Part shown: piece after piece, positions 10,356 to 22,073 of the stretch | Layout of the letters: every line of letters starts with the position of its first letter | Position numbering within the stretch: the first letter of the stretch is position 1 | Assembly (NCBI RefSeq): GCF_044704955.1 | Contig: NC_091987.1 | Coordinates: forward strand, 25,978,001-26,042,000 | Source of the DNA: Pristiophorus japonicus | Lineage: Eukaryota | Reading direction: 5' to 3' | Length of the DNA: 64,000 nt | The notes under the pieces: generated by a model | The model's database searches: none | The model's input: the letters and a program-made list of their open reading frames with translations, nothing else | What the model was told of the DNA's origin: nothing | Made by a program: the position numbers and the translations under genes

Positions 10356-13332
10356 CTATACATCGTGTTCTTGCTCTGCTTCTTCTATGGGGTTGCTGAA
10401 CCTCCTTTTAGTTTGATCCACGTGTTTGCGGCAGATTTGTCCATTGGTAAGTTTAACTACCAGAATCCTATTCCCCTCTTTGGCAATCACAGTGCCTGTG
10501 AGCCATTTGAGCCCTACAGCATAATTAAGGACAAAGACAGGGTCATTGATATCAATACATCGCGCCCTCGCATTCCTGTCATGGTAGTCACATTGGGACT
10601 GACGCCTGCTCTCAAGAATTTCTTTCATAATCGGGTGTATAAGGGATAACCTGGTTTTGAGCGTCCTTTTCATTAGCAGCTCTGCGGGTGGAACCCCTGT
10701 GAGCGAGTGTGGTCGGGATCTATTGGCCAACAGGAGGGGTGATAAGTGGCTTTGTAGGGAACCCCCTTGGATTCTGAGCATCACCTGTTTGATTATCTGC
10801 ACTGCTCGTTCCGCCTGGCCGTTTGAGGCCGGCTTGAACGGTGCCGTTCTGACATGGTTGATTCCATTGCCTGCCGTGAAGTCCTGAAATTCAGTGCTTG
10901 TGAAGCACTGGCCATTGTCGCTGACCAAGACGTCAGGTAGACCATGGGCGGCGAACATTGCCCGTAGACTTTCTATCGTGGCAGAGCATGTGCTTGAATT
11001 TAAAATGGCATACTCAATCCATTTGGAGTAGGCGTCGACTACAACTAAAAACATTTTTCCCATGAAAGGATCTGCATAGTCCACATGGATGCGTGACCAT
11101 GACTTGGCGGGCCAGGACCAGGGGCTAAGGGGGGGCTTCCCTGGGTGCGTTGCCCAGCTGAGCACACGTGTTGCACCTGCGAACACAAAGTTCCAGGTCT
11201 GCATCTATCCCTGGCCACCAAACATGTGACCTGGCAATTGCCTTCATCATGACAATGCCCGGGTGCTCATTGTGGAGTTCTCTGATAAACACCTCTCTGC
11301 CCTTCTGGGGCATGACTACGCGGTTTCCCCACAGTCGGCAATCGGCCTGAATCGAGAGTTCATCCTTGCACCTGTGAAACGGTTTAAACTCCTCAGGGCA
11401 TGCCCCGTACATGGCTGCCCAGTCCCCATTCAGGACACATTTCTTAACTAAAGACAGTAGCGGGTCTTTATTTGTCCAGACTTTAATCTGACGGGCTGTC
11501 ACAGGTGAGCCTTCGCTTTCGAAAGCTCAACAGCCATGATCAGCTCAGCACCATGCTCAATTGTCCCCTCAGTGGTGGCTAGTGGGAGCCTGCTGAGTGC
11601 AATGGCACAGTTTTCGGTGCCCGGTCTGTGCCGAATTGTGTAGTCATAGGCGTCTAACGTAAGTGCCCACCTCTGTATGCGGGCCGATGCATTCGCATTT
11701 ATGGCCTTGTTGTCGGCCAAAAGAGACGTTAGGGGTTTGTGATCTGTCTCCAGCTCAAATTTCCTGCCAAACAAGTACTGGTGCATTTTTTTTACTGCAT
11801 ATACAAATGCTAATGCTTCCTATTCTACCATCCCATAGCCCCTTTCTGCCTGAGACAGACTTCTGGAGGCATAAGCTACCGGCTGTAACTGACCCTTGGC
11901 ATTCACATGCTGCAACACACACCCGACCCCACAGGACGACGCATCACACGTTCAAACTAGTTTCTTACACGGGTCACATCACGTTAACAGTTTGTTGGAG
12001 CATAACAAATTGCGTGCTCTATTAAAAGCCTTTTCCTGGCTGTCCCCCCCGGACCCATTCGCGACCTTTGCGTAGGAGCACATGTAGCGGCTCTAACAGC
12101 GTGCTCAATTTGGGAAGAAAGTTACCAAAATAATTCAGGAGCCCCAGGAACGAACGCAGCTCCGTCGTGTTACGGGGTCTGGGTGCTTTCTGGATCGCTT
12201 CCGTCTTGGACGCTGTAGGTCTGCTCCCGTCTGCTGCTACCCTCATCCCCAGGAATTCTACCTCTGGAGCTAAGAAGACGCACTTCACCTTTTTCAGTTG
12301 CAGCCCTACCCGGTCCAGTCTGCATAGCACCTCCTCCAGGTTGTGGAGGTGTTCTTCAGTATCGCGACCCGTGATGAGGATGTCGTCTTGAAAAACCACC
12401 GTCCTTGGAATCGACTTGAGGTGGCTTTCCATATTTCGTTGAAAGATTGCGGCAGCCGAGCGAATCCCGAACGGACATCTGTTGTACTCAAACAACTTCT
12501 TGTGTATCGTGATGGTGGTCAGCTTCTTCGACTCACTCACCAGCTCCTGGGTCATGTAAGCTGAGGTCAGATCCAATTTTGGAAAAAGTTTGCCACCGGA
12601 TAACGTCGCAAAGAGGTCCTCCGCTCTCGGTAGCGGGTACTGGTCTTGGAGTGACACCCGATTGATGGTGGCCTTGTAATCGCCACATATCCTGACCGAC
12701 CCATCCGCCTTGAGCAACAGCACAATCGGGCTCGCCCAGTCACTGAATTCGACTGGCGAGATGATGCCTTCCCTCAGCAGGAGGTCCAATTCGCATTCTA
12801 TCTTTTCCCGCATCACGTACGGCACCGCTCTGGCCTTGTGGTGTACTGGCCTGGCGTCCGGGTTTATATGAATCACTACCTTGGTCCCCATGAATGTGCC
12901 GATGCAGGGGTGAAATAATGAGTCAAATTTGTCCAGGACCTGTGAGCATGATACTCGCTCCACAGAAGAAATTGCATTGACATCGCCCCATTTCCGGTTC
13001 ATGACAGCAAGCCAACTCCTCCCCAGCAGTGCGGGACCGTCCCCCGGGACAATCCAGAGTGGCAACCTGTTCTCCGAATCTTTGTGGGTCACGACTACCG
13101 TGGCGCTGCCTAGCACTGGAATGATCTTCTTTGTATATGTCCGTAGCAGTGCGTCAATCAGTAATAATTTTGGCCTCCTGGCCTTGGACACCCACAACCT
13201 TTCGAACTGTTTGATACTCATCAGGGACTGGCTGGCCCCCGTGTCCAGCTCCATTAATACTGGGATGCCATTGAGGAGCACTTTCATCATTATCGGAGGC
13301 GTCCTGGTATATGAACTGTATATGTGCTCCAC
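10356..13332 (-). pseudogene. Gypsy pol (protease-RT-RNase H-integrase), multiple frameshifts
   Basis: LDTGAS protease; RT with PFG and FQDD; RNase H TDHKPL; integrase HPG...CNTC, SDNG and SNGQAER in the order typical of Gypsy. Confidence 0.9.
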
Positions 13333-13338
13333 ATGAAC

Positions 13339-14374
13339 TCACTGAACTTCAGCTTCCAGCGATTTGCCCCAGTATTCATTTGGCCTCGTAGGGCTTACAT
13401 CGGGCCTGTCCACCTCGTACATTAACCTGGCTGCAGGCTTCCTGCACATACGTGCCAAGTGACCGCTGATGTTGCAGTTTCTGCAGGTATACTGCTGATA
13501 CCTGCAAGCTCTGGCTGGGTGTTTGCCACCACACCTCCAGCATGAGCTAGAGGCCTCATTGTTGGAAACAAAAGGTCCATTACCAGTCGATCGTCTCTGA
13601 CTGTCTCTGTAACTCCTTAAACGCACCATTAACAGGTGTTGATGGCCCCATTACTAGCTGCATTGTCCACTCCGACGGCATGAATCGCCTTTCAGCTAGC
13701 CATTGTCTCTGTTGAATTCCCCCTTTAGGTTCGACTGCATGCTGGGGCATGTCCAATTGCCCTTGTCTGCCTAGAGAACTGTGTGCTACATTAACAATGT
13801 TGACTCCCTGGTCGTTTGCCGCATTTGAGCCAAGATTTTTGCCATAAATCATTCTGGTCTCTTCCTCCCCTGAGATAAATGTCTGGGCTATCATAGCCAC
13901 CGCTTCCAAGGTCAAGTCTTTGGTCTCAATCAGTTTCCTGAAAACCCCAGCGTGCCCGATGCCCTCAATAAAAAAGTCTCGCAGCATCTCCACTCTGCAT
14001 GTATCTGGGAACTTACATAGGCTCGCCAGTCGCCGGCGATCTGCCACGAAGTCTGGAACGCTTAGCCCTTCTCGCCGCTGGTGCGTGTAAAACCGGTGTC
14101 TCGCCATGTGCATGCTGCTCACCGGTTTAAGGTGTTCCCCAATCAACTTACTGAGCTCTTCGAACGTCTTGTCCGCCGGCTTCTCTGGCGCTCGAAGGTC
14201 CTTCATCAGGGAACACGTTCTGGATCCACAAACCATCAGGAGATGAGCCCTGCGTTTGTTGGCCGAATCCTGTCCCAACCATTCCTTAGTGACAAACCTT
14301 TGCTGTAGTCTCTCAATAAAGTCTTCCCAATCATCACCAACACAGTACCTCTCTTCTGTGCTGCTAGTGGCCAT
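13339..14374 (-). pseudogene. Gypsy gag (frameshifted)
   Basis: MATSSTEERYCVGDDWEDFIERL... and Cys/His knuckles CWRCGGKH and CRNCNISGHLARMC, split over ORFs 13580-14497 and 13339-13629. Confidence 0.85.
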
Positions 14375-14656
14375 GCTCGCATGGTTTAAATCCCAGTTTC
14401 TCGTCGCCAGTGATATGTCCTTACTATACAGTATAAATGCACACAAGGCCCATACTTGAGAGAAGATCACTCTGTGACCAGTTATCTTTATTACCAAGAC
14501 CTCAAGAGCAGACGGTGGGTGGAGCTTCCCCTTTTATACCTGAAAGTCCAGGTTAGGAGTGCCTCCCACAAGTTCGCCCCCTGTGGTCAGTATTCTCAAG
14601 GTGTACAACTTAGGTCAGCTTATGCATGGGTTACAATGATAGTTGAATACATGACA

Positions 14657-15140
14657 GAATGAGTCCTTAGGTGGCTGAACAGTCCAATATGAGAGCCACA
14701 GACTCTTTCACAGGTGGGACAGGCAGTGGTTGGAGGAAAGGATGGGTGGGACTGGTTTACCGCACGCTCTTTCCGCTGCCTGCGCTTGGTTTCTGCATGC
14801 TCTCGGCGACGATACTTGAGGTGCTCAGCGCCCTCTCGGATACACTTCCTCCACTTAGGGCGGTCTTTGGCCAGGGACTCCCAGGTGTCAGTGGGGATGT
14901 TGCACTTTATCAGGGAGGCTTTGAGGGCATCCCTGTAACGTTTCCTCTGCCCACCTTTGGCTCGCCTGCCATGAAGGAGTTCCGAGTAGAGCGCTTGCTT
15001 TTGGGAGTCTCGAGTCGGGCATACGAACAATGTGGCCTGCCCAGCGAAGCTGATCAAGTGTGGTCAGTGCTTCAATGATGGGGATGTTGGCCTGGTCGAG
15101 GACGCTGATGTTGGTGCATCTGTCCTCCCAGGGGACTTCA
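14657..15140 (-). mobile_element. RTE-type LINE 3' fragment split by the Gypsy insertion (its extreme 3' end lies at 9830-9885)
   Basis: KQALYSEL..GGQRKRYRDALK..WESLAKDRPKWR..CPTCERVCGSHIGLFSH; the (tga)n tail lies on the other side of the Gypsy element. Confidence 0.85.
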
Positions 15141-15281
15141 GGGCCGTGATCTTATACGTTTCGATAAGATCACCTCTCATTCTTCTGAACTCCAATGAGT
15201 ACAGGCCCAATCTCCTCAAAATTTCCTTGTAAGTCTCCAAGAATCGAGCTGCTGCCCCGTGCTGGGGCCATTCTTGGCCTT

Positions 15282-15932
15282 TGGAATCTTGGCCTTTATT
15301 GCAAAGGGGATGGAGTATAAAAGCAGGGAAGTCTTGCTACAGTTATACAGGGTATTGGTGAGGCCACACCTAGAGTACTGCGTGCAGTTTTGGTTTCCAT
15401 ATTTACGAAAGGATATACTTGCTTTGGAGGCAGTTCAGAGAAGGTTCACTCGGTTGATTCCGGAGATGAGGGGGTTGACTTATTAAGATAGGTTGAGTAG
15501 GTTAGGCCTCTGCTCAATGGAGTTCAGAAGAATGAGAGGTGATCTTATCGAAACATACAAGATTATGAGGGTGCTTGACAAGGTGGATGCAGAGAGGATG
15601 TTCCCACTGATGGGGGAGACTAGAACTAGAGGGCATGATCTTAGAATAAGGGGCCGCCCATTTAAAACTGAGATGAGGAGGAATTTCTTCTCTCAGAGGG
15701 TTATAAATCTGTGGAATTCGCTGCCTCAGAGAGCTGTGGAAGCTGGGACATTAAATAAATTTAAGACTGAGATCGACAGATTCTTAAAAGAGGAGATAAG
15801 GGGTTATGGGGAGCGGGCGGGGAAGTGGAGCTGAGTCCATGATCGGATCAGCCATGATCGTATTGAATGGCGGAACAGGCTCGAGGGGCCGTATGGCCGA
15901 CTCCTGCTCCTATTTCTTGTGTTGTTATGTTG
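15282..15932 (+). mobile_element. CR1-type LINE 3' fragment
   Basis: GILAFIAKGMEYKSREVLLQLYRVLVRPHLEYCVQFW...; closely similar to 7740-8395. Confidence 0.92.
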
Positions 15933-15999
15933 TGTGTCTGTTCGAGCGGTGAGCGGGCTGGGGTTCTATTTGGGCTGTGTGTTTTTTCAATGCCGGCAG

Positions 16000-16196
16000 G
16001 TTTCAGCGGGCTGGGAATATATCGCGGCAAGTTCAGCTTCGACACCTTCTCCCAGAAACGGGCCTGCATGCTGAAGAGCGCGGGGATGGAGATTATGAAC
16101 TCCGCCCGCTATCCTCCCTACAACGACCAGAAGCTCAACATTTTGATCTGGGCCACCGACATCAAGAAGAGAGGCTGTGTCTGCCGTGTGTTGTAG
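16000..16196 (+). CDS. ALDH3B1: ALDH3B1-like, terminal coding exon
   Basis: cag at 15997-15999; encodes (G)FSGLGIYRGKFSFDTFSQKRACMLKSAGMEIMNSARYPPY...KKRGCVCRVL-stop. A CaaX end and no transmembrane tail indicate ALDH3B rather than ALDH3A2. Confidence 0.9.
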
Positions 16197-16307
16197 AGCC
16201 ATGGCTGTGTTCTGTGCCCGAGGCTCGGGGCAACGTTTCGTCCCCGTCTCTCTCCGATCAGCATCAGATTCCCCCACCTCCCCCGAAACTGTTTTCCCCA
16301 AACCCTG

Positions 16308-16313
16308 ATTAAA
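16308..16313 (+). terminator. Candidate polyadenylation signal ATTAAA of the ALDH3 gene
   Basis: ATTAAA 112 nt after the stop codon, followed by a GT/T-rich tract. Confidence 0.5.
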
Positions 16314-16499
16314 TTGCTTGAATTATACATCGGCTGCTCTGTGTGCTTTCTCTTTCCTGACTGAAGTCGTTGCATCAGAAACAGGAGCAGCAGTCACCCA
16401 CACGGCCTCTCGAGCCCACACCATAGTTCCATAAGGTCACAGCTCATCTTCTGCCTCAATTTCACCCACCTCATATCCCTCGATGCCCCCAGAGTCCGC

Positions 16500-17087
16500 C
16501 ATCCTTCCCTCTGTTACCTCCAGACTTGACTATTCCAATGCACTCCTGGCTGGCCTCCCACATTCTACCCTACGTAAACTGATGGTGATCCAAAACTCGG
16601 CTGCCCCCGTGTCCTAACTCGCACCCAGTCCCGCTCACCCATCACCCCCTGTGCTCGCTGACCTACATTGGCTTCCGGTTAAGCAACGCCTCCATTTCAA
16701 AATTCCCATCCTGGTTTTCAAATCCCTCCAGCCCCTACACCCCTCCCTATCTCTGTAACCTCCTCCAGCCCCTACACCCCTCCCTATCTCTGTAACCTCC
16801 TTCAGCCCCTATGCCCCTCCCTATCGCTGTAATCTCCACCAGCCTCTACACCCCTACCTATCTCTGTAACCTCCTCCAACCCCTACACCCCTCCCTCTCT
16901 GTAACCTCCTCCAGACCTACAACCCTCCCTACCATTAACCTCCTCCAGCTCCGTCAACACTTCTTATGTCTGTAACCTCCTCCAGGCCCTACAACCCTTC
17001 CTATCTCTGTAACCTCCTCCAGCCCCTACACCCCTCCCTATCTCTGTAATCTCCTCCAGCCCCTACACCCCTCCCTATCTCTGTAAC
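16500..17087 (+). mobile_element. L2 remnant ending in the ~37-bp minisatellite
   Basis: Homologous to 3170-3480; tandem repeats at 16730-17087. Confidence 0.8.
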
Positions 17088-18200
17088 TGTTATGTATTAA
17101 TAGAGTCTGACCAGATACTGTGAGCTCAAAGTAAGGTGTGACCATAGTCCTGTATTACAGATCTCAAGAGTGCCTCTCCAGCCTTTGTGGCCTCCTAAAG
17201 TACAGGTGCTCCCAAGGGATTATGGGATCCTTTGGGACTCCAGTGGATGAGCCCTCTGGTGGGGGTACAGAGTAATTACAAGTCCACATATATAACAACA
17301 CTCCCCCTCCAAAGTCAATAGTGTAACTATTTACAATGTGAGTCGATCTGGGGCCCTTCTTTATCTCGGTGTGAAAGCTGGTGTTGTTGAATCATTTGTT
17401 GGGCCCTCGCTGGGCTGCTGTGCAGCCGGCCTTGCTGGGCTGCCTGGTGTGTTGGCTCCTGCTGGGCTGCTGCGGGTGATGGGTTCTGCTTCGTGGTCAA
17501 CAGTGGTGTCGGTTGCCACTGGTCTGTGTGTTGGGGGGGGTCAAAAAATGTAGGTTCTAATGTGGATTGCTCTGGATAGTCCGTGAATCTGAGTTTGGTT
17601 TGGTCCAAGTGTTTCCTGTAGATGAATCCATTTGAAAGTTTGACCCGAAACACCCTGCACCCTCTTTAGCCACGACAGTGCTGGGAAGCCACTTGGGTCC
17701 TTGTCCATAGTTCAACACAAATACAGGATCATTAATCTCAATTTCGCCTGATGCATTTGCGCTATCATGATATGTACTTTGTTGAAGCCGCCTGCTCTCT
17801 ACCTGTTCGTGTAGATCAGGGTGGATTAACGAGAGTCTTGTCTTAAGTTGTTGAGGCCATTTCACTAAATATATTCAAAAAGGAGTTAGATGTAGTCCTT
17901 ACTACTAGGGGGATCAAGGGGTATGGCGAGAAAGCAGGAATGGGGTACTGAAGTTGCATGTTCAGCCATGAACTCATTGAATGGTGGTGCAGACTCGAAG
18001 GGCCGAATGGCCTACTCCTGCACCTATTTTCTATGTTTCTATGTTTCTATGTTTCACGAGCAGTTCAGTGGGTGGAATCCCAGTGAGTGAGTGTGGTCTC
18101 GTGCGGTAACTAAGCAGGATTCGGGATAGGCGAGTCTGCAGTGAGCCTTCAGTTGCCCTCTTCAAGCTCTGCTTGATTGTTTGCACTGCTCTCTCTGCCT
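17088..18200 (-). mobile_element. Second Gypsy remnant: 3' LTR and integrase C-terminus, interrupted by a CR1 tail (~17846-18053)
   Basis: TGT...ACA LTR at ~17088-17297 with adjacent PPT; QAERAVQTIKQ..YRTRPHSLTG and LKTRLSLIHP..GPKWL are homologous to the first element's integrase. Confidence 0.8.
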
Positions 18201-18728
18201 GATCGATAATAATAGATCCAGGTTCAGGATCTGGATGAATGTTAATTAAGAGACAAGACAAATGAAGTAAAGATAAAACACCGTTTACTGAAAAAAAGGA
18301 AACATAATACAGTTTACGAAGCAAAGAGAAGTATGATAAGCTGCAACAATGCTCACGGCCTTCTGCCCGTCGGGAACTCCGCAACGACGGCTGGTCAGGA
18401 GCCTTGGGGGTCCCGGCACAGCTCGCGATTCACGGTCCAAGGTGAAGTTCAAACAGCTACTGGACAGTTCTGTTCCTTTATACGATTAAACAAACACGGG
18501 TGCATGTGGTTTATGGCCAACTCCTAATCAGTAAGGCCCCAGCTGCTCTTCCACAAAGCATGAGATCTCGAGGCACCGACCGTCCCATAAACAAGCTGGT
18601 GTGTGCCTCAAGGTCTCTCTCTCTCTGTCTCTCTGCATCAACAACATTCCATGAGGCATGGAGCAGAAACACACTGTAAATGACTAAATATCATAATTAA
18701 CAGTATGTGATTAATCCTACACAATACA
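18200..18728 (-). mobile_element. Probable 3' LTR of an env-bearing retroelement
   Basis: On the minus strand, just after the env-like stop, a purine-rich AAGGGTGGAT precedes TGT at 18728; an AGTAAA-type signal lies near 18235-18300 and a CA end near 18200. Only one LTR is seen, so the ends are tentative. Confidence 0.5.
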
Positions 18729-18752
18729 ATCCACCCTTGATATTTAGACATT

Positions 18753-19920
18753 CTAAGTAATATAATCGAGTTGAAGGCGTAATGCATCAGTTACACGTTG
18801 AGTATGCACAAGCAACGCCCGCAATCTACACCAAAGAATACATACAAGCAGTAATATCAGTAATAACGCGACGAGTAAAACAACGATAGGATGTATTAAC
18901 AGCTTCAAAGCGGCGGATGTTTTTGGGGACCATCCGTAAAAGATGTCCCACCAATGGTGCACCGTAAGGTCAGTGACCGTTGTCACAACTCTGACCAAGG
19001 CGCCTTCACTGTAACTCAGAGCAACTTGCAGAGTATGAAGAGTATGCCCTCGTTTGCTCAATTCGTCAGTGACCTTTTGATTATCTTTTACAAATTGAGC
19101 TAAACGAGTTAGGTCTACAGTGGGAGGAAGGTTAGTGATGCCTGGGACGATGCGATGGCGCACAACATTTTTCCATCATCCCAATCGATATGACCTTTTA
19201 AAATGAAGGTCATATATGGTATACACATCTTGAAAGCAAGCATTTAGAGGAGGATCTTTACGGGCACCGTCAAGATAAATGGGATAGACACTAGTAATAC
19301 AAACATGATTCTATCCGATTTCATGTAAAATTGTATGATTGTATGGTACAAGTGTCCAAATACATGTTCCCGCTGTATGCTGTAGGGAGCATGGTTCAAA
19401 CACAGGTGTGTGCAAAGGACACACCATACCGAAGGGCCATATTTGACAATCTTGAGCTTGCTGAGTTCTATTGCGAGCATCAATCCAACCACCCTTGGAC
19501 TCGGGTACCCACAGATTTTGGCCATACAGGTGGGGAAGCACTATAAACTGGGCACCAAATGTTGTTTTTTGTGATATTGACTATTCTCATAGCAAAGTTA
19601 CACCACTGGTCATCACAATGTTTATGTTGCAAATCATTGTCATATTTTTTTGCCACTTGATTGATAACGTGATGTTGGCCCCCGTGCTTGCTGTTAATAG
19701 CACCTGTCCTGGGCCCCCCCCAGTACCCGCATGCATCACAAGTGACGCTCCAGTGTCCTATAGTGCAGGCTTGCCCGGAAGGACAGGTAAAATTGTCTTG
19801 CGTACGATCAGTGTTCGCTAACCGCCACCCTATACGGCCATCCTATGCTGTGTTTGAGGATGGAAATAGCACAGTCGCAGATAACGAGACACTTGCCAGC
19901 ACGAGTTGGTAAGTCGCCAT
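18753..19920 (-). pseudogene. Degraded env-like type I membrane glycoprotein gene
   Basis: Splice-acceptor-like ctttctcccacag just upstream of ATG 19920; signal-peptide-like MATYQLVLASVSLSATVLFPS; Cys-rich ectodomain pieces; heptad-like stretch, HHWWDIFYGWSP, then a TM segment LLIHPIVVLLVALLLILLLVCILW. Contains stops and frameshifts. Confidence 0.6.
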
Positions 19921-19984
19921 TTTGGGCAGAATTCCTGTGGGAGAAAGCATAAGTATATTAATTCAGCCCTGTTTAGTCAATTTA

Positions 19985-20435
19985 CCCTTCTTTCATTCTT
20001 TACTTCTCTCTCTCTCTCTCTCTCTTTCATTCTTTACTTCTCTCTCTTTCTCTCTTTCATTCTTTACTACTCTCTCTCTCTTTCTATCTTTTATTCTTTA
20101 CTACTCGCTCTCTCTTTCATTCTTTACTACTCTCTCTCTCTTTCATTCTTTACTTCTCTCTCTCTCTCATTCTTTACTTCTCTCTCTCTCATTCTTTACT
20201 TCTCTCTCTCTCTCTCTCTCCCTTTCATTCTTTACTTCTCTCTCTCTCTTTCATTCTTTACTTCTCTCTCTCTCTCTTTCATTCTTTACTTCTCTCTCTC
20301 TCTCTCTCTTTCATTCTTTACTTCTCTCTCTCTCTCTCTTTCATTCTTTACTTCTCTCTCTCTTTCATTCTTTACTTCTCTCTCTCTTTCATTCTTTACT
20401 TCTCTCTCTCTCTCTCTCTCTCTTTCATTCTTTCT
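19985..20435. repeat. CT-rich compound microsatellite (TTCATTCTTTACT(TC)n)
   Basis: Visible simple repeat. Confidence 0.95.
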
Positions 20436-20493
20436 GTCTCCACGGCCCAGATTGTCCGTGCCTACTGACTTGTTCTTCCCGTCTATTTCCCAG

Positions 20494-20560
20494 ATGTGAA
20501 TGCAGAGAGGATCCGGCAGATTCCCGCCACTGTCTCCAGTGTCCTGGGGAAGTCAGAAAG
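20494..20560 (+). pseudogene. Truncated relic of a TCR V exon (FR1 only)
   Basis: tttcccag acceptor followed by (D)VNAERIRQIPATVS; intron end and exon start are homologous to 25140-25250 and 28545-28660. Confidence 0.55.
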
Positions 20561-21049
20561 TAAACAAGAAAGAATGAAAGAGGAGGAATGGAAGAAACAA
20601 GGTAAGATTGATGGGAAGAACGGAAAGTGAAAAGCCTGTCGGGACTTTCTACATGACGCTGTGAGTCCATTCCCCACAGAGACAATAGAAGGCGCTGTAG
20701 TACTATGAAACACAAAGATGTTTGTAATATAGTTTAATATGGAACAGGAGGACATTCAGTCCCCTTGAGCTTGTTACATCGGAACAAGAGAAGGCCATTC
20801 AGTCCCCTTGGGACCGTATGCACAGGAATACGAAGAGGCCATTTAACTCCTCCAGCCGATTACATAACTGAAATCTGTGCGCTCAGGTTAACGACCGTCC
20901 TGCCATTGGATATAGTTTCTCGCCATCAAGTCGAAAAAAACTACTTAATGTTAAATACCGCAACTAGTGTTCTCCTTGTCCTTGCATGCTGTCTCATTCT
21001 CTGAAGTTGCTTCACGAGCCAATGAATGGGAGGGAGCGTGCTTTACGCA

Positions 21050-21060
21050 GGAAGTGACGT
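21050..21060 (+). promoter_or_regulatory. ETS/CRE-like promoter motif GGAAGTGACGT upstream of V1
   Basis: About 100 nt upstream of the leader ATG; resembles the AGTGAYRTCA decamer of TCR Vbeta promoters; paralogous motifs at 26386-26396 and 30905-30915. Confidence 0.6.
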
Positions 21061-21154
21061 ACGTGTGACAATTGCACACGGCTGCTTTGTATTTAATCAG
21101 ATGGTTTTGAGCAGCAGCCGTTCGCACAGCGAGGCAGTGTGGACTGGATAGATC

Positions 21155-22034
21155 ATGTTTTATGAAACTCATTATCTAACCTTCATGGTGGCGCTGATCC
21201 CACGTGAGTCCAACTTACAAACTTGTACAGAGCTCTTTGTAGAACAATGCGCTTTAATGTCAGCTGTGGTTCAGCTGGTAGAAATCTTGCCTCTTTGGGG
21301 GTCGAGACTTACTCCTGAGACTTGAGCACAATATTGTACTCTAACACTCTGCAGACGAGCGCTGAGGGAGCGCTGCACTTTCGGAAGTGTCAACTTTTGG
21401 ATAAGGCTTTAGACCGAGCTGCCCATAACACTACTGGGAGTAGAGCAGGGAAGTTCTCGCTGGTCTGCGGTCAACTATTATCTCACAAGAAACACTCCCC
21501 AAAATCCCAGAAAAACAGGTCAATTATTTCAATGCCGTATGTGGGAGCTTGCTGTGCACATTTAGGTTGTCTACTTTCCCAAATCAGTACATTACTCATT
21601 ACTTCATTGGTTGTAAACAGCTTTGGGAATTGTTGATGTCCTGAATGTCGCTTTATTGATGGAAGTTTATTTATCTGCACATAATCCCCGCTCTAATCAA
21701 TTATTGACAATTAGAATCTAATCGGTGTTCCATTCGACAGGAATACTTGCCTCGTTCGTGGAGCAGTCGCCTTCTGTCCTATCGATGGGAGCAGGAGATC
21801 AGACCACACTCCGATGCACGCTGACCAATACTGCCTATCCCTTTATGTTCTGGTACAAACAACAACCCAACCGGGCACTGGAAGCTCTTTTCACTTCTGC
21901 TGGAGAGGGTGATGCTCAGAAGTACACAACCGAGTCCTTTAAGGCCGAAAGAAGCAGCACCACGCTGTTTACTCTGGAGCTGAGTGCCGCCTCTCCGTCT
22001 CACACCGCTGTCTATTACTGTGCCTGCAGTAGAG
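21155..22034 (+). CDS. T-cell receptor V gene segment V1 (TRBV-like), intact; leader 21155-21203, V exon 21741-22034
   Basis: 49-nt phase-1 leader MFYETHYLTFMVALIP with gtgagt donor; V exon VEQSP..LRCTLTNTAYPFMFWYKQQP..FKAERSSTTLFTL..AVYYCACSR. Confidence 0.9.
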
Positions 22035-22073
22035 CACAGCGTTTGAGAACACGGCGCCCCAGCTACAAAAACC
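22035..22073 (+). other. Recombination signal sequence, 23-bp spacer (V1)
   Basis: CACAGCG, 23 nt, ACAAAAACC. Confidence 0.95.

Larger units (their letters stand above)
9886..14656 (-). mobile_element. Full-length decayed Ty3/Gypsy LTR retrotransposon
   Basis: LTRs at 9886-10132 and 14411-14656 (~246 bp); 5-bp TSD GAATG at 9881-9885 and 14657-14661; PBS TGGCGACGAG at 14400-14409 (-); polypurine tract at ~10133-10150; frameshifted gag and pol. Confidence 0.95.

Noticed and set aside
19906-20563. Hydrophobic Ser/Leu/Phe ORFs resembling membrane proteins
   Set aside because: Translations of a CT microsatellite; the same applies to ORFs near 25.6-26.0, 28.3-28.7 and 29.1-29.4 kb.
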